Positions 36,367 through 56,176 of a stretch of 64,000 nt of DNA are shown here, one piece after another. Where the stretch lies: assembly GCF_000143415.4 (NCBI RefSeq), contig NW_003314280.1, positions 868,001-932,000 on the forward strand. The letters run 5' to 3'. The stretch is from Selaginella moellendorffii. Taxonomy: Eukaryota; Plantae; Lycopodiophyta. How positions within the stretch are numbered: position 1 is the stretch's first letter; every line of letters begins with the position of its first letter. The position numbers and the translations under genes were made by a program. The notes below the pieces were generated by a model, which saw only the letters and a program-made list of their open reading frames with translations, made no database searches and was not told the origin of the DNA.

Positions 36367-36789
36367 CCAAGGTGAGTGCGTCTTTGCGATGAATAGAGGC
36401 GCTTTCGACGCGAATGTACACCAAGGTACCTATGGTCTAGGTGATTTTTGTACACTCTCGTCGGCACTTGCGATTTCTACTTGTTTCTTGAGGCTGGAGG
36501 CCGTGTAATCTGGCGCAGTGCGTGAGATTCAAAAGGTTCGAAGTGCTTTCTCTGGAACTGTTACTGGAAGCTAACAACTCTTCCTTGACAAAGCAACGAG
36601 CAAGGCTTACATGGATAGAGCAAACGTTAGTGCATTGATTTGACGACTTGTTTCCCTTGGCTCTATATAATTCTTCTATCGATTCTTTGCATTACATGCC
36701 ACCAAGCACCAACTACAAATGCTCAAGCCCAATCGATCCAGGGCCGTTCGTCAACCTCCGGCAAGGCGTGTTTTTTCTAGGGTTCAGCA

Positions 36790-38165
36790 ATGAAGCATAA
36801 GATCTTACCGCTGCTCAAGGCGGTGAGGCAGGATGCGCTGCGCTCTGGGGATGCTAAACTTGCGAGGTGGTGCAAAGATTTGGCCCGTGAGGCGGTCGCC
36901 GAAGGTAGAGAGCATAGGTGTCTCAGGGAGTTTTACGGGTCTGGGAGTTTCACTCTCACCGATATCGGTGTCGTGGGTCGTGCCGTGCTCATCCTCTACG
37001 TGGGGAATCTCTTCTCCAGCACACTCGAGAAGCAGCGCTGCATCTTCAGCTCGCTGGGCAGTGTCAAGGAGGTGGACTTGGACCTCCTGGTCGCGGCCGC
37101 GTCCAGGCTCCGCAAGCTGGACTGCTCTCCAGCTTACGAGGAGGCGATCTGGGGAGTCTTGAAGCGAGTGTGCTCCACGGACTATTTCCTGAAAGAGGTA
37201 ATGCTTTCCTAGTTTATAGCACATATACTCTTCGCTAAAGGTAAGGTCTCTTTTAGGATCTGGCGACTGCCAGCCGAGTTTGCGGCAAGATCATGGCGGC
37301 AGGAGGCGATTGTCACTCGCAGCAGTTGATGAACGCCATTCTTCAAGCCTACCGTGAAGTGGAATACGTCCACTATGACTCCAGGAGTTGTAACCGACTG
37401 GACTTTGACCCAGCCAACCCAATCGATGAGGTCGTGGCACTCGTTGTGGCACCATTGGAGCCGGGGGAGCTGCTCAGGGGAATCAACGACTCTCCAGTTC
37501 TGGAGCAGCTGACGACGAGGAGGCCAGATCAGCAGTCGCTGATACCTCATACCGAAGCCGTGATGGTTTGCATTGAGCACGCAGTGATGTGGCTCTGCAA
37601 ATCCAAGCTTCGGGTTTTCTACCCGCTTGCTGTGACTTGTAAGTTTTTCCAAGTCTGTAAGCTTTCTAGGTCCGTGCTTTAATGTTTTTTATGCTTACCT
37701 TGTAGACCAAGATATAGCAAAACTTTCCATCGAGGACGAGAGGTTGTTCCAAAGGTTTTGGTACGTCGCTATTGAAATGTACCTCATAACTAATGTGCCA
37801 ATCAAACAGGAACGTTCGTATCCCATCACCTCTGGAACGAGGGCTCCGGGTTATAGCCATAGATGACAGGTTGCCTATTATTTCTTTTTTCGTGTGTAAT
37901 ATTTACGCTTTTTCACTGCAGTGATGCACTCATGGACGGGGATCTGCACTATGTCCATGCTGAAGATTACAAGAGCATCACCCCGGTCCTCCTCGAGGAT
38001 ATGTCCATCAAAGAACTCGAGGTTCTCAAGAAACTCGCGTTTCATTATCGGGCCACTGCTGCAAACTTGGAGTACGAAAGAAGTGTTGCTTGCGGCATAG
38101 CGGCAGATTTCTTCATGGAATACGGGAGATCGGAGCCACCTCAGTATCGCTATCTTTTTACCTGA
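36790..38165 (+). CDS. Uncharacterised multi-exon gene; start uncertain
   Basis: Long open exons (36790-37197, 37257-37640, 37922-38165) with plausible splice sites and a TATA-like motif near 36664. No family recognised. Confidence 0.45.
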
Positions 38166-39156
38166 ATGTTTTCGTAAAATATGCTTTTTAACTTTTTTGG
38201 GTAAGCCCTTTTTTTGGAACAAGAAGCAAAACTTACAGAAACTCGTAACTCAAAACTCTTGGTTAGACATGGCTCACATTTAGTTTGTTTTATTGGTTGA
38301 TCTGCCCGTGCGAGTGCATTAGACTCGTGGAAACCATGCTTCTGCTCTAGCTTGTCAATTCTAAAAAATTAATGGGTATATCTAAAGCAAACACTGTTTC
38401 TTCTAAAGGTAAAGAACCATAGTAGTTAACATTTTCATTTACCTTATATAATTAAAAAAAATTGCTGCGCATTGTGTTGTAGCAACGCTTGGTTTGCTTT
38501 TGTTTTTTAATATTTTTTGTTACGAACCATCCTCGGCCCATATTTTGCCACGTGACCCTTACATTTGTTCCTATATAATTTGTTCAAATTCAAGTCCTGG
38601 CTCAAATTTTTTATTGCCATGGTGATTTTGACCATGGCTTTTCCAACCCTTTTGTCAAGAGCACTACAAGAGCGTACATGGCTTCAAACATCCAATTCAA
38701 ACAAATTAATAGTAAATCTGAAATTTGGAATTGCTCGTGGCTTAAGCTCTTTCATGTTAATTTCCTTACGCACTTACTGCAAGATAGGGTTTAGCATCTA
38801 GTACAGAAAGCAATACACCACATCCTTCACCCAGCTTCTCTAAAGTCCTTAAGGAACTCCCTATCCAGATGCACAATGATCATTTTCCTGGATTCTGGTG
38901 TTAACAATGTTAAAGTGGTAGATTACCTGAGATGGGCTTTTAGAGGTAGCTTGTGTTTCTTGCGTATTAGTTCTCTTGCGAATTTCAAGTTGCTATGCAA
39001 TGCTATCAGCAACAATCTTGTGAGTTGTTGCCATGGAATTGCTAGTTTGTGTGCTTTGAAATTTAGAAATTGTTAAAAGAAGCACTAGAAGATTTCACGA
39101 ATAGATATTTGTATTATAGAGAAAGCAATTGAAAAATAGACAAGAGACAAGTGTAT

Positions 39157-40630
39157 CTATTTTTGGTTGTTGGCAATATCTATGGCTGAATTGTTTGGTG
39201 TCTCAAAATGGACAATAATATTTGCCTCATTCAATAGAAAGAACTTTGTTGGTTTTGAAGATAGATAAATAGCAATTTTTTCTAGGGACTTCGTAGCAAA
39301 CTTGACCATAGACCCTTCATCCAAATTATAAATTTTATCCACCATTTTATCACACATTGTAACTTTATATTCCATCATGTCATTTGATATAATAGAATCA
39401 GTTATTGTAGCTGATTTATGAGGGATGGAACACCCTTTACACTTTGCACAAACAACAAAACCATCTTCTCTCTCCTCTAACATTATGAAAGAGCAAAATG
39501 AACAAAGACTTTCAGCTTGAGTGAGGTTTTGTTAGTTGTCAGGGATGAAATATCCACTAATCTGTATAATTAGAAGTTAGAGTTGAAAGGAGATATAAAC
39601 AACTTACATTACCTTGTCTTTAGAAGTGAGGCCATGTTGTGTTTTATGAACTTCATTGAACCTCTGAATTTCATTTGAATCAACTAGTGGCAAAACTAAA
39701 GTATTTCCAGGTGTTGCTAAATCACCTGATACACTCATGCTTTTCATAATATAAAAAAATAAAAACTTTGGCATGTATCTAGCATATAAATCTGCTACAA
39801 TATGATGATACTGCTCTTCATGCTCCAGATGCATATAGAGCTGTAAAAATATCTTAGAAATAGAAAATTAAATAGTAAAAAAATTACATCCAAAGGATTA
39901 TCAGAAGAAGCAATCTTTATTTTAGGAAAAACACCAGTGTTGATTACAATAGCATGTATAGCTTGTGGATAAACTCTAGTAACCATTAAAGATGATATAG
40001 AAGCACCTCTAGTTGGTTGTAATCTTAGTTTAACATCAAAATCACTTATAATTTGAATGATAGAAGAATCTGTAATTTAAAGAACTTTTTCTGAAGTTCC
40101 ATAGTGGTAAACTGGGTTTTTCTGTCATTCAACCCATCTGAAGTGAGAGAATTATAATCTTGTTATTTTTTTAAAAAAAATTACGAACTTTGTAAGTGAG
40201 AAACATTTGCCAACCATAAATTTATTACATAATCGCACACACATGGATGAATTGCCATATACAGTTAAAGTTTGCAAGCCATGCATATCTGTACAATCCA
40301 TTATATAAGTTAAGTATTTTGCACTTCATAGAGTGTTCTTTGCAACATGAACTTTATAAGTTCTATACCAAAAGAAAATGAAAACTACAGAAAAAAAGGA
40401 TTTCAAAACCATATATAGATTAATCTTCAGCTCAAGAATCTTAGTTGAATTTTCTTTTTCAAAGACAAGTGATTTAGGATGGTCAACTTTGTCCTCTTTG
40501 CTTGTGAAACTACAAAAGATAAATCAAGAAATACTAAAGAATAAAGAGAATCATAAGAATTTGTTTCTGTTGACAAATCCTCAGTGGGTGACAACTGAAC
40601 AATATCCATAGCACAATCCAAATCTGACAT
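39157..40630 (-). pseudogene. RPA70-like OB-fold/zinc-ribbon gene, copy A
   Basis: OB-fold-like exon (KYLTYIMDCTD..LTVYG..LCNKFMVGKCFSLT) and a CSFC-x14-CAKC zinc ribbon. Deletions disrupt the first exons. Confidence 0.55.
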
Positions 40631-42210
40631 ATTTATGTGATTGATTAAACAGAATTACCTCTAGTTAATTTATACTAGTAAAAAGAGCCAAAAATAAACT
40701 AGACTTCACTTTGAAGAATCGAAAACAAAAAAGAATAAAACTTTGAGCTAAAAATTAAAATCCGTCAACTTGCCAAACTTAGGGTTAGGGCAGACAATAA
40801 AGCAGCCTGACTCCACTCCTTTGGCTGATACAATCTCCCTCTGTCCGTCGCTTTAAAAAAGAGGAAGGAATAAGAATAGAAAGATTGTCGTTTGTTCACA
40901 CGTCCAAGTCAAAGCCCAGCATTTATGTCATGGTTTCCTCCAAAACTCAAGGTTCGGTCACCGTCCATCAATTGAGCCTCAATTTGCTCTTCCCAACGAC
41001 TCCTCTTTGAAAATACTCTCCCTCCTCCCCCACTGCCCACTCGCATAATAGGGAGCCATACGGAGGAAGATCTAAGCTCCATCCATGGATGCATTCCAGA
41101 TTGATTAATTGATTCTGGGCAATCAATCAGTACTGCCGTGGTTGGTTTTTGATCCTGGATTGTGGCTCCAATCCTCAATCAATTCAATAGTCCAAATATG
41201 ATTTTCTTGATGCTTCCCAAGGACAAGAGCAATCCATTGGAGCTAGTGGAGAATGCGGTGGCCGGGAACGATGATAGCATCGTGATTGATCTCAAGGGGG
41301 CCCTGCTCAAATCCCCGAGCTGGTTTCAATACTTCATGCTTGTCGCAATTGAGGCTGGGAGCCCCCTATGAGTGCTCCTCCTCTTTTTCATTCTTCCCTT
41401 CACATGGATCACTGGCTGCCTCAGCCCTAGAGCTCTAGATTTTCTGCTTCATGGCAGTGGCTGGATTGAGGGCCTCGGCAATGGAACTTTGAGAGCTCCC
41501 TTGCAATTGCCGTTCTGGACATAGAACCCAACCAATGCATTGTACATTACATGGTTTCTTTGGCTCATGCTCCAAAAACCACCATGATGATACAAAGTGG
41601 TTAGAAAAATTTATAAATTATAAACATGTAAGCACGGTCATTTAGAAGCAAGAGCCTTAGTTTAGCAATCTGCAAGCTCTGTGACAAAGAGATGTCAAAG
41701 ATACAAGGACTTTTAGTGACCATATCAATGTCGTACATGGCTTCAAGCATCTAGGTCAAACAAATCAATAACAAAGTTGAAATTTGGAATTGCTTATGGC
41801 TCAAGCTCTTTCACGTTCATTTTCTTGCACATTTACTACAAGATGGGGTTTAGCATCTAGTATAGAAAGCAATACACCACATTCTTCACCCAGCTTCTCT
41901 GAAGCCCTTAAGGAACTCCCTAGCCGGATGCACAATGATCATTTTCTTGGATTCCGGTGTTAGGCATACAATGTTAACGTGGTAGATTACCTGAGAGGGG
42001 CTTTTAGAGGCAACTTGTGTTTCTCACATATTAGTTCTCTAATTGATTGTGCAATGCAATCAGCAGCAATCTTGTGACTTGTTGCCATGGGATTTCTAGT
42101 TTGTATGTTTTGAAATCTAGAAATTGTTAAGAGAAGCACTACAAGATTTCACGAATAGATATTTATATTATAGAGAAAGCAATTGAAAAATAGACAAGAG
42201 ACTATTGTAT

Positions 42211-43710
42211 CTATTTCTGGTTGTTGGCAATTTCCATGGCTGAATTGTTTGGTGTCTCAAAATGGATAATAATATTTGCCTCATTTAATAGAAAGAATCC
42301 TATTGGTTTTGAAGACAGATAAACAACAATATTTTCTGGGGACTCCATAGCAAACTTGACCATAGACCCTTCATCCAAATTATAAATTTTATCCACCATT
42401 TTATCACGCACTGTAACTCTATATTCCATCATGTCATTTGATATAATAGAACCAGTTATTGTAGCTGATTTACAAGGGATGGAATGCCCTTTACACTTTG
42501 CGCAAACAACAAAACCATCTTCTCTCTGCTCTAACATTGTGAAAGAGTAAAATGAGCAAAGACTTTCAGCTTGAGTGAGGCTCTGTTGATTGTCAGGGAT
42601 GAAATATCCACTAATCTGTATAATTGGAAGTTAGAGTTGAAGTAGATGTAAACAATTTACATTACCTTGTCTTTAGAAGTGAGACCACGGTGTGTTTTAT
42701 AAACTTCATTGAGCCTCTGAATTTCATTTGAATCAACTAGTGGCAAAAATAAAGTACTTCCAAGTGTTGCTAAATCACCTGATACACTCATGCTTTTCAT
42801 AATATTAAAAAATAAAAACTTTGGCATATATCCAGCATATAAATCTGCTACAATATGATGATATTTCTCTTCATGCTCCAGATGCATATAGAGCTGTGAA
42901 AATATCTTAGAAATAAAAACTTAAATAGGAAAAAACATTACCATAGTTACGTCCAAAGGAAGCAATCTTTATTTTAGGAAAAACACCAGTGTTGATTACA
43001 ACAGCATGTATAGCTTGTGGATAAACTCAAGTAGCCATTAAAGATGATATAGAAGCTCCTCTAGTTAGCTGTAATCTTAATTTAACATCAAAATCATTTA
43101 TAATTTGAATGATAGAAGAATCTGTAATATAAAGAACTATTTTTGAAGTTCCATGGTGGTAAACTGGGGTTTTCTGTCGTTCAACCCATCTGCAGTGAGA
43201 GAATTATAATCTTGTTAATTTTTTTTTTAAATTACAAACCTTGTAAGTGAGAAACATTTACCAACCATAAATTTATTATATAATCGTGCACACATGGATG
43301 AATTGCCATATACAGTTAAAGTTTGCAAGCCATGCATATCTGTACAATCCATTATATAAGTTAAGTATTTTGCACTTCGCAGAGTGTTCTTTGCAAGATG
43401 AACTTTATAAGTTCCATACCTAGGCAAAAAGCAAATCAAAACTACAGAAAAAAAAACGATTTTAAAACCATACGTAGATAAAACCTCCAGCTCAAGAATT
43501 TTGGTTGAATTTACTTTTTCAAAGACAAGTGATGCAATAGTGGCTTTTAGGATGGTCAACTTTGTCCTCTTTGCTTGTGAAACTACAAAACCAAAGAGAA
43601 ATAAATCAAGAAAAGAGAAAAACCAAACCTTCAAAAGAATTTGATTCTGTAGACAAATCCTCAGTGGGTGACGAGTGAACAATATCCATAGCACAATCCA
43701 AATCTGACAT
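42211..43710 (-). pseudogene. RPA70-like OB-fold/zinc-ribbon gene, copy B
   Basis: Same exon set as copy A, with an in-frame TGA near 43028 and a Cys>Tyr change in the zinc ribbon (CSFY). Confidence 0.55.
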
Positions 43711-46700
43711 ATCTATGTGATTGATTAAACAGAATTACCTCTAGTTAATTTATACTAGTAAAAAGATCCAAAAATAAACTAGACTTCACTTTGAAGGATT
43801 GAAAACAAAATAAAATAATGAGCTAAAAATTTAAATCCGTCAACTTGCCAAACTTAGGGTTACGGTAGACAATAAACCAATTCAAACCTTCTGAACCTTT
43901 TCAACCTTTTCGTGCACTGACTCTCCTCATTTGTAAACATCCTTGCCAGATACTTCCCATCATCGACCAAGTTGAAGCTAGAAGCAGCCTGACTTTACTT
44001 CTCAGCTGTTACAATCTCCCTCCATCGGTCACTTTAGAAAAGAGGAATGAATAGGAATAGAAAGATTGTCCTCCATTGATCTTTGTTTTCAACCCATTGC
44101 CCACTCACATAATAGAAAGCCATACAGAGGAAGATCTAAGCTCCATCCATAGATGCGTTCCAGGTTGATAGATTGATTCTGGGCAATCAATCAGTGGGTT
44201 TCTGATCCTGGATCGTGGCTCTCAGCTCAAACCTCCAGGGAGAGCCAATTCTCAATTGATTCACTAGTCCAAATATGAGGCAAGAGCAATCCATTGGAGC
44301 CAATGGACAATGCAGCGGCCAGGAACGACAATAGCATCATGATTGATCTCGAGGGGGCACTACTCAAATCCCTAAGCTGGTTTCAATGCTTCATGCTTGT
44401 CACAATTGAGGCTGGGAGGCCTCTATGAGCGCTCCTCCTATTTTTCATTCTTCCCTTCATGTGGATCTCTGGCTGCTTCGTCCATCCAGTCTTGGCTCCA
44501 GATTCTCTGCTTCATGGCAAATCCTAGATTGAGGACCTTGGCAGTGGAACTTTGAGAGCTCCCTTGCAATTGCCATTATGGACATAGAGCCCAACCAATG
44601 CACTATACATTATACAATTTCTTTGGCTCATGCTCCAAAAACCATGTATGCTCATGATGATACAAAGTGGTTAGAAAAGTTTATAAATTATAAATATGAA
44701 ATTAATCTAAATGAACAACCACCATTGGATGATAGAATATCCAAGAATATCCAAGCATATTCTAAGTATATTCATTACCATACAGGTTTGCTTAAGCAAA
44801 CCAAAAACTCTCAAGAAAGGTAAACTTTAAACAAACATAAGCCTATTATTTGGTTTCGTATTGATATTCTATATATAAAGCTTTTTGCCTCTATGCCCCA
44901 ACACTAAATTGTATCAACCTCCATGCTATTGTGTTTTAAAGCATTATCGCTCCTTATTCATTTTAGCCTCTCAGAGCGACATATAACCCATGCATATGTG
45001 TTGAAAATAGTATGAGCCTCTTTGGTTATAAATAGCTCATAGGCCATAATAAAATGCATTGCTCCATAAATCATAGCATGGATTTATGCTATAGAAACAC
45101 ATAAAATAATGGTTAACAAAGACAAAGAAGAAAAACACTTATAATTCATATGACATAGTATATAAGTTGTCTTATTAGTGTAGTTACATTAACAAATTTA
45201 TAACAAATGCCTACTTTGTAGTCTTCTTGGATCATGTAAAGTTAATGCCTCACAAATTTGATGCCTTCTAAAATAGTAATCAGCTGCTTGACAACAAGAG
45301 TAGAAGTTGATAATTCCCCAATTTGTCCTTATACAATTCATGGGAATATTAATTTGGACATGGTTAAAATCTTCCTCTACCAATATCCTATGGTACACCC
45401 CCCTCCAATTTGTATCCACCACCCACATATATTTGTATAGTGTTGGTTGTATAATTCCCAAATAATTTGTAAAATAAACTATGGTCTTTATCTCACTTTA
45501 AGTGCATCCATACGCAAAATGCCGTTGTATTAGCAAATCCTCTTGATCTCAAGAAGTTATTGAAGCCTTACAAAAAATACCATAGAAGACCCTTCAATTT
45601 AAAAATTCATCTATTCACCATTGGAATGTTAGGATCTCCATCTTCATCTTCACTCTCGCTAGCTAAAGAAGTGTTAGAATTGAAGTCTAATAGCAACCCC
45701 GCACTTGGTTCATTTCCACCAATATATCTATTTACAACATTTGTATTTGACTCCAATTTCACAAATCTGAGCTATGGGCAAAACTTACTCATTGTGGATG
45801 TTTCTAGTCACTGCCAAAAAACCAAATCAATTTCACTACCACAACATGAAATTGAATGATATAGTTCCAAAAACGCTTTCTTGCTTGAGAACCCTAAGTC
45901 ACACTTAGACAATGACAATGATGATGAATGGGATGTTGATCAATTAAAAGAAAAAACTAAACCTTTGTGTATCCAAGAATCATCAAAGGTTAAAAGGAGT
46001 AGTAAAGCCAAAGCTAAAGGACAATATGATCGATTGCATTGATTATATTATCAATTAATGAAATTTTAATCAAATAGTTTGGAGGATTTTGCACCCATTA
46101 TTAAATTAAATGATTTAATGGTAATGCATTCATAGTACATAAGATTTTGCAAACTCTAATTTAATAATTGAATTTAATAGTAACTTATTTAAATAAAAAA
46201 TTAATATGAAAATAAAATAATATTATAATTAGCATTTTTTGTATTTTTCTTGCTAAAATCATAATACTTCACTTTTGTAATATTAGGATTAAAATATTAA
46301 AGAATATTCTATAGGGTGACTAATGGCAATACCTAAAGAGTAAAGGTGTTATACTGGTAAATGTACAATGGCAAAGACAAGGTAAAAAATTAAATGTTAA
46401 GCATTTTTAAGTATTTTAGCACATTCTAGAGCATAAAATATAAATTAATTATTTTAAATCAACTTTTTGGAGGTGCTATAGATGACTAGAGTAGTTTATT
46501 GTATTTGTTAAAAACTTTAATCTAGGTGATGGTGAAACTTTTGGTTTAGGTTCTTATAGTGTTGTTGTTGGAAGTTTTGGCCCAAATGTTGTAAATAATG
46601 TTGATATTTATTTTTCAAAGCTTTCTAAGTGTTGTTACATAGCATTAATTTTTATGTCTATTATTTTATAAATTTTGTGTTTATTATGTTAGTGTATTTA

Positions 46701-46863
46701 ATTAAATTAACATATGATCACATTTATATAACAGTCATTGAAAATTGTAGTTGCACCAAATATTTTCAACTAGTATAAGTTTTATGGCTAAAGGCATCAA
46801 ATTTTGCCATAATAATATGAACATCAATTTTTTTGAATTTCTTAACTAAAACATTTATACATA

Positions 46864-46872
46864 CATATATAT

Positions 46873-46955
<83 letters not shown>
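46864..46955. repeat. (TA)n microsatellite, followed by an N-gap at 47042-47525
   Basis: Direct read. Confidence 0.95.
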
Positions 46956-46959
<4 letters not shown>

Positions 46960-47537
46960 AAATTAAGGTATGATATATTGTACTCTTAGTATAATGTGTT
47001 GGTTGATATGACCATAAATAATTCACAAACCCTAATCTTTCNNNNNNNNNNNNNNNNNNNNNNNNNNNNNNNNNNNNNNNNNNNNNNNNNNNNNNNNNNN
47101 NNNNNNNNNNNNNNNNNNNNNNNNNNNNNNNNNNNNNNNNNNNNNNNNNNNNNNNNNNNNNNNNNNNNNNNNNNNNNNNNNNNNNNNNNNNNNNNNNNNN
47201 NNNNNNNNNNNNNNNNNNNNNNNNNNNNNNNNNNNNNNNNNNNNNNNNNNNNNNNNNNNNNNNNNNNNNNNNNNNNNNNNNNNNNNNNNNNNNNNNNNNN
47301 NNNNNNNNNNNNNNNNNNNNNNNNNNNNNNNNNNNNNNNNNNNNNNNNNNNNNNNNNNNNNNNNNNNNNNNNNNNNNNNNNNNNNNNNNNNNNNNNNNNN
47401 NNNNNNNNNNNNNNNNNNNNNNNNNNNNNNNNNNNNNNNNNNNNNNNNNNNNNNNNNNNNNNNNNNNNNNNNNNNNNNNNNNNNNNNNNNNNNNNNNNNN
47501 NNNNNNNNNNNNNNNNNNNNNNNNNTATTTTTGGATG

Positions 47538-52893
<5,356 letters not shown>

Positions 52894-53479
52894 TTGTAAG
52901 CTTATATAGTTAAAAATAAACTAATAAAAAATAAAAAGAAAATAATAGCTTCTATTATTTAAATGTTTTATAATATTTAATATTATTTATTAAAAATGTT
53001 TTAAGAAATATTTATGCAACAATAAACCCAAGATAGAATTTTTGTGATGTGGTTTAATTGTATATTATATTTTACTTAGTAATTTTCTAAGATAAAAAAC
53101 AAGAGAAAAAACTTAAATAAAATAAAATAAATTTATTATTTTTTATAAATTTTGAGTATGATTTATATGGTTCTCTTATATGATCAATGACTAAAATTAA
53201 TTTGTGGTCTTTATAACCCTTAAACCATTTTACTTTACCTGAGGAAAAAATGAATTCAAATTAAAAGTAAAATTCTGTAAAAAATCTCTTTCTTTTAGAG
53301 TGTTTGAGAGTATTCCAAGAATATTATTTTTGGATGGGCTAGATTGAATGTTTAATACGATCAATGGCTAAAATTAATTTTCTGTTGTTTACCTGAGGGA
53401 AATTAGTTTTATTTTCTAACTTTTACCCGTGGAAAAAACAATTTAAGTTTAAAAAACAATTTCAGATAAAGCTACTGCT

Positions 53480-53830
53480 CCAGCTAAGTGTTTGAACAAG
53501 CACTCCAAATGAAAGGATAACTGGATGGCTCACAAATACATCGTGGGAGTAGATTGGATTGTGAGGCAGTCACTCCATGTTTGAGAGTGCGCAAAGCTAG
53601 AGAGATCTTTGAAAAGGTGGCAGACCATTTTGTCACACGTTTGAATGCTAGAATGCAATGATCATGGTCCACGCTCATAGAGGTTTTTGCTGCTCAAATC
53701 TCTCCAGATCCAGCTATAGAGAGTAAAGCAATTGCATCACTTTTATCAACTCCCTCAGTGCTTGCTCAAGCATGCAAGAATCAAGCTCTACACAGCTTTG
53801 CAAGATCTAGCAAGCTCCTACACCTTGAAA
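53480..53830 (+). pseudogene. Degenerate PLS-class PPR fragment
   Basis: GSQIH, RKAREIFEKV and NCITFINSLSACSS motifs, with stops and frameshifts. Confidence 0.5.
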
Positions 53831-54870
53831 CATTATATTATCTCTTCATATGACATCCTCACCTGGTACAATGAGGATGTGTATCTATTATTATAGCTCT
53901 CAACAAGATTATAATCACTTTCTTGACCAACTCTTAATGGTTAAATAATTTACGTTGCATTCGCCACCAATGTATCCACTGTCGTGGATGAGAAAAGAGA
54001 AGCCCTAATTAGGGCCTCCCTCTTCTCGCAGATGGCTGAGAAGGACTTGGCGTTGCAGAACTCTGCTGCTAACAAAGTTTTTCGATGCTGCCTTTTGACC
54101 CTTTGATGATTCGCTTCTTCAGATTAAAAAGAAAAAGAAAGAAAAAATAAACAATGAAAATGTAGAAGAGTATTCCTGTATTCATTGTTCGGCATTTCCT
54201 CTTGTACTCGACAACCAGAAACTACTAGAGGAAAAGGGAAAGATTATAGGTGTTTGATAAAAGCATTAAATACTTGATTAAATTTATAATGCACTTTATC
54301 GCTTTAAGAAGGCACTCTTTTTTGAGTTAGCAAAGAAAACTAAGCGAACTTAAAACTTTCGTGCTTAAAGCTTACCACCATCCTCCTTATATCCATCTTG
54401 CATTTTAGGTGGATCAGTGCACCAGTGGAGAGCTGTGAGGAAAGTTACCTTCTCCTTGTCCTTACATTTGATCTCGGAGTTTGCTCCATCCATTTTCTTT
54501 TAGGGCGCGGGAGAATGTGGATCGAATGTAGCGTGTTCCAAGGCGCTTGTCTGGGCGCGATCACGCGAGATCGCTGCGGCGCTGGCGCCAGCATCATCGG
54601 CGTGGAGCGGCGATCACCCGGTAATCGGCGGCAGAGATGGAGTGATCGCCCTTGCGTGCTCAGCGCCGCTAGAAACGCACGAGTGGCGCCTGGACAAGCG
54701 CGACGCTCTTCTACTTCTTCTCCTTCTACAAGGTTCGCTCGTTCTTTCTTTCTTGTGCTTGCGTGCTTTCATTCTTCTTCGTCATGCGCGTGTGTTTTGT
54801 TGCCTTGGTGCTTCTTTTCCAGGTAGCAAGTGTAGCATTTGCTCTAAGTTTTACTTTCCTATGCTTTTAG

Positions 54871-56176
54871 ATCGCCTCAGGCGGTGGAGCTCCTCCACCA
54901 CCTTACCATGGTGTCGATGCTACGCTTCGGGGACTGGCAGGAGCAGCGGAAGGATTTGGTGCCGCTTCGATCGGTGGCCTCGAAGGCGATACTTATTCCG
55001 TCACCAATCTCCTTGGTAAGAAACGGAAATGAAAGCTTTCATGGAGTGTTTCTTAGCTCGTGTTCCCGTGCTTGTGCTTTTATAGATGACGGTCCTGGAA
55101 GTCTTCGTTATGCTGCTGCTCGAGACGAGCCACTCTGGGTTGTGTTTAACGTTTCAGGAACAATTTCTCTAGCGTCCCCGCTCAGAGTCACGTCCCACAA
55201 GACGATCGATGGCCGCGGCCAACGGATCAAAATCACTGGAAACGGTCTGCTCCTGCAGAGCTGCGAGCATGTCATCGTAAACAATCTCGAGTTTGAGCGA
55301 GGCCGCGGCGATGCCATCACAATTGTCGCTGACGCCAAAGACGTGTGGATCGATCGCTGCACGCTCTCGGACTACAATGACGGCCTCATTGACATCACGA
55401 GACGGAGCACTCGCGTGACGGTTTCCAGGTAACTCGAAGAAGTCCACGCAAGTTTTTTACTGGGTCTTTCCCTTTCGTTCTCTTTTGCAGATGTCACTTT
55501 TATCGGCACAAAAAAACGATGCTTATCAGTGCCAATCCTCGTCACGTCGGGGATAGAAACATTAAAGTTACAATCCACCATTGTTACTTTGATCAGACGC
55601 AAGAACGACATCCTCGAGTGAGATTCGCGAAAGTCCATCTTTACAACAACTACTTTCGGGAGTGGGGGGTGTATGGTGTTCGCGCTAGCGTGGAAGCTCA
55701 GGTGCTCTGGTCTGATCTGATCTTATTCCATCACGCTTAACTTCATCCTCGTTTTTTTCTGGTAAATGCTGGCAGATTGTCTCGGAGCACAACGTTTATG
55801 AGGCCGGAACCAGCAAGCGTGCTTTCGACTATTTTATTGAAAAGGTGACGCATCGCGGCCCATGTCCTTGACTGTCTTTTTCTCTTTTGGGCATGAAAGC
55901 CACTCAACTTTTTCTCCTTTCTCCCTGTCAATCTCGTATTTTAATCTTTGCCCCTTTTTGTTCCAGGCTCCCGATAGTGATATAGCCGTTGCTGGCAGCA
56001 TCAGCTCTGATGGAGATGTGTTTCTCAATGGAGCCGAAGGCCCAGCAAACTCCACTGCCTTCCTTCCAGAAGATTACTACTCGGTGAATCCCAAAGTGCA
56101 ACCGGCAGGCAAGCAGCTTGTCAGAGTGATCAGGGAGACGGCTGGGTGGCAAAACATACCGCTTCCCGGCAGCTAG
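54871..56176 (+). CDS. Pectate lyase-like protein (PL1 family); 5' exon(s) and start unresolved
   Basis: AEGFG..SIGG, DDGPGSLR, KTIDGRG, VWIDRC, DGLIDIT, VTIHHC, RHPRVRFAKVHLYNNY, joined by GT-AG introns. TAG at 56174-56176. Confidence 0.9.

Larger units (their letters stand above)
38673..44698. mobile_element. Two diverged ~3-kb tandem direct copies (~38673-41628 and ~41733-44698); probable Helitron-related remnant
   Basis: The copies align from cgtacatggcttcaa to tataaattataaa and each carries an RPA70-like gene. No Rep/helicase ORF or clear termini were seen. Confidence 0.5.

Noticed and set aside
38300-38495. Possible Helitron terminal motifs (tgcccgtgcg, gtagcaacgc)
   Set aside because: No complete hairpin plus CTRR end could be assembled, so it is too weak to call a terminus.
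44700-46070. Short ORFs in AT-rich DNA after the 3-kb repeats
   Set aside because: No recognisable motif or consistent exon chain. Possibly TE debris, but unsupported.
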